Shown one piece after another: positions 53,433 to 64,000 of a DNA stretch of 64,000 bases (position 1 is the first letter of the stretch; each line of letters begins with the position of its first letter). Made by a program: the position numbers and the translations under genes. The notes beneath the pieces are model-generated. The model did no database searches. It was not told the origin of the DNA and saw only the letters and a list, made by a program, of their open reading frames with translations. Source of the stretch: Octopus vulgaris (Eukaryota); the NCBI GenBank assembly GCA_951406725.2, contig OX597821.1, forward strand, positions 68,076,001 to 68,140,000, written 5' to 3'.

Positions 53433-54416
53433 TATCGCATCTCTAATATATGAGCGTGTACCATGTGTGTGTGTGTATGTGTGTGTGCGTGTGTATGTGT
53501 TTGTAATAATTTTAAATTTGGGTATGGACCTTGTAGTATGCTGTTTATAGCCCGTTTACTGCATTCGGTTACCTGATGTCATTAACAGTATGTATTTCAA
53601 TGCCACTGGGTTTACTTCAGGAATTCGTTTCTGACCGAAGAGTTTATAAAATATGAGAGGAAGAAAATGAAATTTACGAAATTCTTTATTATACACTACG
53701 GTTGTTTCAATTCATCGTGGACCGGCGTCTCGTGGGTGAGATGCTGTACAAACAGTTGTGGTACATCACTGGTGCAGGTGTGTCTCGTCAGGTAACTTGT
53801 CAAAAGGTACCTCATTTTTCAATCTCTGTTTGGCTTATTTCGATTAAAATACACTTTGTTACTTGTCGTTCCCTACTTTTATACATGAGAAACGTGGATT
53901 AAAACGAAGAACACTTCTCATATAAGCAATAAAGTGACTTACAATGAAGCAAAAATTAAAATAGATATATGTATGGGTGTATGTATGTACGTATGGATGT
54001 AGGTTTGTATGCACGAATGAAAACGAAATGAAATGCAAAAACATTCCATGTGGCCAGTGACATGTATTTGAACAACAGAGACGAATGAGGATATATTGAA
54101 CAGCAAACCAGAGGAATTTTATATTTAATGAAATTATTACCTCTTCTAGAAAGAATAGAAGAAATGATTGTGTTGATCAGTAACAATTGTGAATGAGAAA
54201 GGGAGATAAACTCTCGTATCAAAAATCTTACACATCATTAGTGAGAAGACGGGACGTGATTCTTCCTTAAATAGCGTCATCAGCTTAGAAACTTCAGTAG
54301 GCGAGACATTTTGACGTGTTAAAAAAGTAGAACAGATACTGGTCAGGGTAATTTACATAAATGAAAGGAAAATGAGGTGAGAGAAATAACTCAGTGACCA
54401 GTGACATGCATTTGAA

Positions 54417-54596
54417 CGCGCAGCCGTAGCTCTGTGGTAAGAAGCTTGCTTCCTAACTACATGGTTCTGGATTCAGTCCCATTGCGTGGCACCTTATGCA
54501 AAAGGTCTTCTACTATAGCTTCTGGCCAACCCAAGCCTTCTCAGCGGATTTGGTGCTCGGAAACTGAAAGATGCCCGTTATATATCTATCTAGCTT

Positions 54597-54677
<81 letters not shown>

Positions 54678-54903
54678 GTGTGTGTGTATGTGTGTGTTTG
54701 TGTGTCTGTGCTTGTCTCCCCCCCACCACCTATCAACTACCGACGTTCGTGTGTTTACGTCCCTGTAACTTAGCGGTTCGGCAAAAATAAACCGATAGAA
54801 TAAGTACTAGCCTTGCAAAGAATATATCCTGAGGTCGATTTGTTCGACTGAAAAGGCGGTGCTCCAGCATGGCTGCAGTCAAATGACTGAAACAAGTAAA
54901 AGA
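54417..54903 (+). mobile_element. SINE family B, full length, with an internal (TATC)n
   Basis: Both halves present. Confidence 0.87.
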
Positions 54904-55010
54904 AATGAGTAAAGATGAATAAATATATATTAAATCACTAGAAAAACTGCATATGTGTGTAGAGATGTCTGTTAAAGTAGTTACGAGAGTATATATATAT
55001 ATGTGCGTAA

Positions 55011-55241
55011 GGCGGAGAGCTGGTAGAAACGTTAGCACGCCGGGCGAAATTCGTAGCCGTATTTCGTCTGTCGTTACGTTCCGAGTTCAAATTCCGCCGA
55101 GGTCGACTTTGCCTTTCATCCTTTCGGGGTCGATAAATTAAGTACCAGTTACGCACTGGGGTCGATGTAATCGACTTAATCCGTTTGTCTGTCCTTGTTT
55201 GTCCTCTCTGTGTTTAGCCCCTTGTGGGTAGTTAAAGAAAT
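55011..55241 (+). mobile_element. SINE family A, full length, young
   Basis: Close to the other intact copies; TSD-like ATATATATATGTGCGT on both sides. Confidence 0.92.
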
Positions 55242-55724
55242 ATATATATATATGTGCGTGCGTGTGTGTGTTCTAATTAATTAATCTTCTCAATTAAGTC
55301 TTTTTGTATCAGCGGATCAGATCGTTATAGTTTCTTCGGATTAATAACGTTCCCAAGTTTACTTCAATCGCCGCTTCTCATCTTCATAGTAAGGCTGTGA
55401 TTAGTTTATGTCCATCCTATTTTATAGGGGACATCATATGTTTATAGAGACTTTTAAAGCCGGCATTCTCTTTATGCAGATTTTATAGCCAAATTTTCGC
55501 TGTTAGATTAATTCTCTCTTAACTGGGCGGACATTTTGGAAGTAACAGATTGGATGTGTACCATTTCTGCCCCGGATTCTTTTATTCGTTTACTTGTTTC
55601 AGTCAGGTGACTGCGGCCATGCTGGAACACCGCCTTGAAGAGATTTTCGTCTAGTGGAAAATTTTTCACTAAAATTCTAGTTGCGGAGATTATAGAAATT
55701 ATGTTTGCTAGTAGTATACAGGCC

Positions 55725-55910
55725 GCCAAAAGGTCTATCCTTGCTGCGGCGAAGAGGTGTGTGTCCCTCAATGACCTTGCAAGCTATGCCAGTGGTAGAG
55801 CCTCTCATATTGAACAGATCAAAGCGAAGAAGCCAAGCAAATATGGACCACATCTTCCTAGATGTAAAACTGGGTTCGCATAGGGCCAAAACCACTACCT
55901 AGAAAGAAGA
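55725..55910 (+). mobile_element. RTE-clade LINE 5'UTR-like fragment
   Basis: CCTTGCTGCGGCGAAGAGG...CAATGACCTTGCAAGCTATGCC...GAACAGATCAAAG...GGGTTCGCATAGGGCCAAAACCACTACC resembles RTE 5'UTRs (recalled pattern, not searched). Confidence 0.45.
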
Positions 55911-56601
55911 GCAAAAACACAGAAGCATTGGTGACAATTCAATACCCAGACTGGAGGAAGAAAAGACAGTTCAGAATTTCGTCGAAGGTCTATGGAGCAA
56001 AGGGCTTAAGTAAGTACATATGTACAGGCACACAAGTATTAAGCTAGCCATAATAATGTCAGACGAGTTGTTGGAAAACTACTTGTGATCTGCGTGAAGG
56101 AGGCATCTTTCCACTGCACTTGGGGAAGTCTGTATGAACAGAGAGATGTAGGGGCTATGGGTTCTTCTCAAGGGTTCATGTTTGATACACTCTATCTAGC
56201 CACACAAAAATGCAACTTAAACTCAATCATATAGTATACAATAGATAGGTGAGTAATAAACTGTGATGGACACAGCAAAGAATGTCGAAAGGTTGGGAGT
56301 GCACCATTACAATAATTCAGTGCTGGAATTTAAAATCCGAAGCAATAGAGCAATCTCATTGCTGGACATAGGCATTGGGGTTGAAAACAATGGATATATT
56401 TCAGCTGTGTACTCTGGGCAGGTGTATATGCACACACAGGGATGGCATGTGCCTAGATGGTCGCGGAATATCTATGGTGGAATTTTGATTCTATTCTGTA
56501 TATGGATTACTAGATAATACGGGAAAAGGCAGATACTGAATAACACCAAATATAGTATATGCACGTATTTGTGTGCATACATGCACAAAATCACATACAC
56601 A

Positions 56602-56984
56602 CATCCGGGTTACAAGTTCAGGTTTATACCTGTAATTATTGGAGCCCTGAGATATGTAACACACTGCCTAAGTTCTAATCTTGAGAAATTGGCTTCTCAA
56701 AACCAGAAAGGAAAAAGTTAATTCGAAGACTACAGATCCAATCCATCACTGGAACCGTAAAGTCTGTAAAGGTTTCCAAAGGTTTCGAGTATGTCTAGAT
56801 ATGCAACTATATGCATGAGAATACATACATAAAGGAAAACATACAGATCTGCACATATACATACAAATAAAAATACCCTATTGTTGATGTTGAAATTCCA
56901 ATGAAGAACCCATGAATCTAGGTTAGAAACCAGCACTTTTCTCTGTTGGCAAGAAATCTTGAAATAAAACTGAACAATGTCTTA
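56602..56984 (+). mobile_element. 3' end of a second R4/Dong-like RLE LINE, followed by (TACA)n
   Basis: Reads HPGYKFRFIPVIIGALRYVTHCLSSNLEKL, frameshift, then FSKPERKKLIRRLQIQSITGTVK. About 200 bp of UTR, then a long (TACA)n. Confidence 0.78.
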
Positions 56985-57454
56985 CATATATACATACATA
57001 CATACATACATACATACATACATACATACATACATACATACATACATACATACATACTTACATACATACATACATACATACATACATGCATGCATGCATG
57101 CATGCATGCATGCATATATGCATACATACATACATAGCTATGTGCATACGCACATATATACACACAAAAATATTTCTCAAAATACATCAAAATATTATTC
57201 ATGGAATTGGATACGAGAATGCTCGATAAAATCATATAAATGTAACGTACAATTATCAGAATTTATCGACCACCATCAGACAAATGTAAATGTTGTCTAT
57301 GGCAGTATTTTAATTTTAATTGAAATTTCATCTTGTTATTGCTATTTAGCTTCAAAACAATAACGATCATATGCATTTGATATTAACGTTTTATGTTTTT
57401 GACGAAGGGCAGATTATAATATCATATCTATATATCATATGATATATAAATTAG

Positions 57455-57870
57455 CCTCCCTTTCTTCCTTGTTATCGCTTAACCATGTGGTTGTTGTGGC
57501 ATTCGTTGAAGAATTGGCAACCAGATTTCACCATTTTTCCTGCTCTACTGCTGCCCTCCATGGGACGACGAAATTGAAGCCCATCCATTCTTTGATGTTA
57601 ACCCGGGCGACGTTCGAACCGGTATGTGTTCTGGACCCGTTATCCTCGTCATGAATGTATCATAGACAAATTAGCTTGGCGGTGCCCATTCCTCTCCAAG
57701 TTGTTAGCCACAATCGTTTGTCTCTACCTGAGAAAACGCCGTAGCCCCGAACTCTTGGCCGTTGACCTGAGCAGTTCCTCCGCATTTGCAGATGACTCTT
57801 TGGGAATTATTACCCGGAGTCTTTCGCCTACTGGTGCAGGGTTAACGCCATTACCTTCACTTCAGTTATA
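57455..57870 (-). mobile_element. RTE-derived element: ORF 3' end joined to a putative 5'UTR segment
   Basis: The minus strand from about 57600 to 57460 reads NIKEWMGFNFVVPWRAAVEQEKW*NLVANSS (cf. RTE terminus NIKEWTG...RAA.DR..WR.LV..SS). The upstream 260 bp is non-coding and GC-richer. Confidence 0.6.
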
Positions 57871-58225
57871 ATATTTAGCTTTCTGGATGAGCTACCTTTT
57901 GCCATTCAAGTACATAATCTGCCTCAGAAAAACGTGTGGCCATTTGCCATAGTCAGCAGTCTAATAGCTGGTTAAATGTGTTTTACGCATTAACCTTTAG
58001 CCGAAATTGTGATAAATGTTATAACTTTAGAAACCTGCTTGCTGTGAGAATTGTGGTAACGAGTGGGACGAAATATGCAAATGTCATTATGTTACTCATC
58101 ACGTATAATTAACTCATCCCAAACGCATATTATTGCGTAGTAGTAATGAGGACTGGTTTTTCTATAATTGTGGTTTTCATATTCAAAGATATACACATAT
58201 AAATACATGTATATGCATTTGTGTG

Positions 58226-58530
58226 GAAGCACATGGCCTAGTGGTTAGAGCAGCGGACTCGCGGTCGAGGGATTAAGAGAGTTCGAATCTCAGACCGGGC
58301 GGTGTGCGTGTTTATGAACGAAACCCCTAAGCTCCACGCGGCTCCGGCAGAAGGTAATGATGAACTTCTACTGACTCTTTCGCCACAACTTTCTCTCACT
58401 CTTTCCTCCTGCTTCTTGCAGCACACCTGCGACGGACCGGCGTCCCGTCCAGGTGGGGAACCTATACGCCAAGGAAACCGGGAAACCGGCCCTATGAGCC
58501 AGGCATGGTGCGAGAAGGAACAAACAAAAT
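58226..58530 (+). mobile_element. SINE family C variant (head H2, tail T3)
   Basis: GGAAGCACATGGCCTAGTGGTTAGAGC...GTTCGAATCTC...GCGACGGACCGGCGTCCCGTCCAGG...GAAGGAACAAAC. Confidence 0.87.
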
Positions 58531-58533
58531 GCA

Positions 58534-58587
<54 letters not shown>

Positions 58588-59467
58588 CGTGCGTGCGTGT
58601 GCGCTCATCGGAGCTGGCCGGATTCGTACCGCTTCAAGGATATTTAAGACATCTTTCAAATTTGACTTAAATCTTTCTTTGTCAAGTTTAGTCACTGTAG
58701 GCCGAAATTATATGGATATCAGTTTTATTCAAACGAAACAAAGTAATTGTCCCATCATGTTGACAGCTTCTTCAAATCATATTTTGAAAAATAGCAATTT
58801 TTTTTTAATAAACCAGAATAGCGTTAACACAAATACCATTTGATTCGTCGATCAGAAAAACAATTGGATTTTACGTGTATTAATAGCATCTATTAAATAC
58901 AGGAAATAAACTGCAAATTATGAGCCGAGTAACTATTCAGGAATTTCTCTGCGCCAAGGAGGGGGTTAATGGTTGTTCGAAAGACATTGGAGCTAGGGAG
59001 TGTGTTAATTAAAGTTCTAGGTCGATGGTGTTGAGTAAATTGATTTCTATGGTTACGTCGTGACCAAAACCAACGGAAGTTTGAAGATTTTTTTTGCAAT
59101 TGCGTCTTAATTCTTGTTTTGTTTGATCTCGGGGTTATGGACTCGAAATATCGAAAATTTAAAATTATGATTTATTTTAAAGAAAAATTAATTGCAATCT
59201 GTGCCTTGTTGACTACTTCAACTCGCATACGCACACACACGCACAACACACAAAAACACATACACACAAACACATGCTTGCATGCATACATAGTACAAGG
59301 CTACCAAACCGAATTTTCGAAGTCACTGTCTCTACTTTGCTTGTAAAAGTTTAAAAGACGTATGCTCTACTTCTTAGTATAGATTAACTCTCAATTTAAT
59401 TTTAAATTGCTTTTATATGTAATGTGACGTAAAAACAACCATTAATAGACACACGCGTGCGCTCGCG

Positions 59468-59762
59468 GGGGCACATAACCTAGTGGTTAAAGCAGCAGGA
59501 CTCACGGTCGAGGAATCGTGGGTTTGAATCTCAGCGGGCGATGTGTGTGTTTATGAGCGAAACACTAAACTTCACACGACTCCGGCAGAAAGTAATGGCG
59601 AACTTCTGCTGACTCTTTCGCCACAGTTTTCTCTCATTCTTCCCTCCTGCATCTAGCAGCTCGCCTCTGACGGACCGGCGTCCCGTCCAGGTGGGGAACC
59701 TATAAGCCAACGAAACTGGGAAACCGGCTCTTATGAGCTAGGTATGGCTCGGGAAGGAACAG
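59468..59762 (+). mobile_element. SINE family C variant (head H2, tail T3)
   Basis: Colinear with 58226-58530. Confidence 0.85.
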
Positions 59763-59812
59763 ACGATAGACATATAAATACACACACACATACATACACA
59801 CACACACACATT

Positions 59813-60337
<525 letters not shown>

Positions 60338-60339
60338 TT

Positions 60340-60520
60340 AAACGGAATAAGTACGTAACGGACGACAATAAAAACATACAGACAGATAGACGATAGGAAG
60401 ACGGAGTAGGAAAAACCAGGACGGAACATTAGTGGCTTTCTTTCATCAGTCAAGCTTCCAATCATCATTACAGTTTCGGCCTTATAAAAAATTTAGTTAT
60501 AAGGATTCTTAAGAATTTCT
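60340..60520 (-). mobile_element. Probable PLE terminal fragment with a degenerate hammerhead motif (60466-60517)
   Basis: The minus strand reads ATT-CTTAAGA-AT CCTTATAA...TTATAAGG CC-GAAAC-T-GTA-ATG, followed by a second CTGATGA box. Confidence 0.45.
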
Positions 60521-60691
60521 TACGATCACAATAACTGAATGCTACCAAAACATGTACCGTAAATTTTTAAGCGCCAGTTGTGCTTGCTTGTATGTGTATG
60601 TGTGTGTGTTGATTTGTGTGTGTGCGTGTGTGTGTGTGTGAGCATAGCTATTTATGCATATACCAAGAGCCCATCATATATACATATACAT

Positions 60692-60756
<65 letters not shown>

Positions 60757-60762
60757 TTCAAA

Positions 60763-60832
<70 letters not shown>

Positions 60833-61176
60833 CTATTTCGACGTATAAGTGCTATGTTGTTCGATTAGCTGAATTCCCTACTCAGCGAATTAGCACATAA
60901 TTGACTGTGTATTTCACTGGCGTGTATACCCTTAACTTGATTCCCTAGTAGAACCAGCATTACACTCAGCGATTAAAGTTGGATTACGGCACTGTCGATC
61001 CGAGCGTCTTCTAAACAGTTTTGGGTCGACACGAAGCTGTATTAAAGACACGGACATAAGCAGCCACGCAGCGGGATCGAACATGAAACCGCAAGGTTAC
61101 CAAGCGAACTTCGTAACAACTCAGCCTTGCTTCAGTCACATATCTCTATGTGTGTGTGTGAGCAAACATACATGCA

Positions 61177-61209
<33 letters not shown>

Positions 61210-61351
61210 GTGGGGTGGTGTATGTATATGTATGTATACATATATATGTGTATGTGTATGGATATATACAAATACATACATTCATTATATGTGTGTGTAT
61301 ATATATGCATATATATGTGTATACACGCATATATATATATATATGGAGGAG

Positions 61352-61680
61352 GAGACCCCCTTCGGTCATGAATGACCATGGGATTGCACCAAGTTACCGT
61401 CCGAGGCACAAGTCCGGGCAAGGTTGTTTATAGGAGGCTAGCAGTCGCTCATGCATACCGGCCTTCCCTCTCCACACCACCGATGTCATCCAATGGAAAG
61501 GCAAAGGCCGATACAGCTTGGCACCAGTGATGTCGCAACTCATATCTACCGCTGAGTGAACTGGAGGAACCTGAAATAAAGTATCTTGCTCAAGAACACA
61601 ACACGCAGCACGGTCCAGGAATCCAACTCACAACCTCACGATCGTAAGCTCGACGCTCTAACCTCTGAGCCATGCGCATT
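61352..61680 (-). mobile_element. SINE family C (head H1-like, tail T2)
   Basis: Reverse tRNA-like head, GTGTTCTTGAGCAAG middle and T2 tail ending GACCGAAGGGGGTCTC. TSD-like ACACGCATATATATA on both sides. Confidence 0.85.
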
Positions 61681-61693
61681 CACACGCATATAT

Positions 61694-61768
<75 letters not shown>

Positions 61769-61830
61769 TATATATACATATATATGAATGTATATATTTA
61801 TGTGTGTACATTGATACGTACATGCATAGA

Positions 61831-61870
<40 letters not shown>

Positions 61871-61972
61871 GATATATATATATATATATGCCTGTGGATG
61901 TTCATAAGCCCATATGTTTATTATGTATTTGTATGTACTTATACATGTATATCGATAGAAATGCGTGTATGT

Positions 61973-62008
<36 letters not shown>

Positions 62009-62499
62009 TCAGGTGTAAAGAGGTTGAATGTAGTTTCGTCTTTAAGTTGAAGGTTTCCGAAAAAATTTCTAATGTTGATGCTTCATATTTTGCTGGTAGT
62101 TTACCGGCGTAAATTATACATACATATATGTGTGTGTGGAGAGAGAGATAGAGAGAGGGGGGAGAGGAAGAGAGGGAGAGAGAGATGATTCCATCATTTG
62201 CTTTATGTCCCCAAGCGATGGGCAATCATGAATATGACAGTTGTGACTCACCAGCAGGAATGCTGCTAGGCAATGTTGGCAATGAGGTTTCTGGTAACTC
62301 TACAAGTGCGCGGTGTTGGCGTATGAATATGTGTCTATACGCATGTGCATGTGTGTGTGTACCTTTGTGTGAATGTATATGAAATCTGGCTGTGTATGAG
62401 AGAGAAAGTGGCATAGGAAAAGTGTGTGTGTGTATGTGTGTGTGTGTGCTTACATATGGTGGGTGCACTTTTTTATTGGCAGTGGTTTTAATGCAACAA

Positions 62500-62596
62500 G
62501 TGGTTGAATATGAGTTGAGCATGGTAGCAGCGGCGCGGGCAATGATGATGATGGCGGTAGTGGTGGACGTGGGATGGTGCAATGGCGCTAGTGGCG

Positions 62597-62652
<56 letters not shown>

Positions 62653-63071
62653 GGCGGTGGCGGTGGTGGTGGTGCTGGTGCTGGTGCTGCTGCTGCTGGC
62701 GGTGGCGGCTTTAAAGGTTTCACTAGTGGTAGTGATAGCTTTGAGGATGGTGTTAACGATGGTGGCGATGCAGTCAGTGGTCGTTGTGGTTGCGCTTCTG
62801 AAAGAAGTTGAAAGACCAGTGATTGGCGATGTCGGTGATGGCGGAGGTGGTGGAGGCGGCGGCGGTGGTGGGTGGTGGTGGTGGTGATGGTAATGATGGT
62901 GGTTGTTGTTGTAATGTTGGTGTTGGAGGAGGTGGTTGTTATGGAGGTGGTGGTGGTGGCTTTTTGGGTTGAAATGATATAGTAGAAAATTACTGATAGT
63001 GAAAGTAATAGTAGAGAACGCATAGGATGTATCAGTCTCCAGATTAGTAGTAGTATTAGTATTAGTAGTAT

Positions 63072-63126
<55 letters not shown>

Positions 63127-63240
63127 TGTTGTTGTTGTTGTTGATGATGATATGGTGGTATTGGTGGTACTGGCGGTTTGGTGGTGTAGTGGTGGTGGTG
63201 GTGGTTGTGGTGGTGGGTGGCGGTATTTTGCTGATAGTTC
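62500..63240. repeat. Compound GGT/GTT/GCT/AGT microsatellite block
   Basis: Directly visible; source of the poly-P/T/G/V ORFs. Confidence 0.92.
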
Positions 63241-63443
63241 TGTTTGTACTGGTATAGTAGTGATTATAGTGAAAGGCAATACTATTTCCTTGTGACCATC
63301 CCACCTTATTTTTAAGCAAATGAACTTAGGTTGACAATCACCAATATATCTTTTGCTTTAGAAAGGAGAGTTAGAATGTGGTTTAACTACTGCTTGTAGC
63401 GTGAGAAAAAACAAGGTAGAGACTCATTGACTTGCTAAATACA

Positions 63444-63960
63444 CTTTTCTACTCTAGGTACAAGCCCCGGAATTTTGGGGAAGGAGCCAGTCGATTAGAT
63501 CGAGCCCAGTGCGAAACTGGTATTTATTTAATCGACCACGAAAAGATGAAAGGCAAAGTCGACCTCGGCGGAATTTGAACTCAGAACGTAGCGGCAGACG
63601 AAATACCGCTAAGCATTTCGTTCGGCGTGCTAACGATTCTGCCAGCTTGCCACCTTTTTAAAAGGCTGAAAGGCAAAGTCGACCTCGACGGAATTTGAAC
63701 TCAGAACGTAAAGACAGACGAAATACCTATTTCTTTACTACCCACAAGGGGCTAAACACAGAGAGGACAAACAAGGACAGATAAATGGATTAAGTCGATT
63801 ATATCGACACCAATGTGTAACTGGTACTTATTTAATCGACTCCGAAAGGATGAAAGGCAAAATCGACCACGGCGGAATTTGAACTCAGAACGTAGCGGCA
63901 GAGGAAATACTACTAAGCATTTCGTCCAGCGCGCTAACGTTTCTGCCAGCTCCCCGTCTT
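63444..63960 (-). mobile_element. Composite family A SINE (three partial or complete units)
   Basis: Contains the AAAGAAATA|GGTATTTC junction (reverse, about 63722). Imperfect TSD TTGACTTGC..AATA at 63427 and 63960. Confidence 0.87.
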
Positions 63961-64000
63961 TGACTTGCAGAATATTGCCTTCTCATAACGGGAATCGAAT

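Noticed and set aside
54053-54418. 20-bp direct repeat CCAGTGACATG(T/C)ATTTGAAC about 344 bp apart
   Set aside because: No element hallmarks between the copies; probably the remnant of an old local duplication.
56263-56517. 84-aa ORF with LLDIG resembling a retroviral protease DTG motif
   Set aside because: The catalytic motif is not intact, and there is no gag, RT or LTR context.
62226-63279. 263-265-aa Pro/Thr/His-rich ORFs
   Set aside because: They derive from compound trinucleotide repeats that are open in several frames on both strands.

Overview
Gene-poor, AT-rich eukaryotic DNA dominated by microsatellites and transposon remnants. The tRNA-derived SINE families and the extreme (TA)n/(TAA)n/(TACA)n content resemble an Octopus-type cephalopod genome (inference, not database-checked). 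No intact host protein-coding gene was found, and almost all ORFs in the supplied track are translations of simple repeats. Recognisable content: (1) about 40 copies of three SINE groups; (2) remnants of R4/Dong-clade non-LTR retrotransposons, two of them next to (TAA)n and one next to (TACA)n; (3) a 557-bp non-coding element found only in (TAA)n tracts, probably a non-autonomous rider of those LINEs; (4) several distinct Penelope-like element (PLE) termini carrying minimal type I hammerhead ribozyme motifs, often as fold-back palindromes in (TA)n or (TG)n, including a 2.3-kb inverted repeat; (5) a non-autonomous Helitron carrying a piggyBac transposase fragment and a 116-bp tandem array; (6) mariner, pogo-like, RTE and CR1-like fragments and a MITE-like element. 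Coordinates were read by eye and may be off by a few bases, more for decayed elements.
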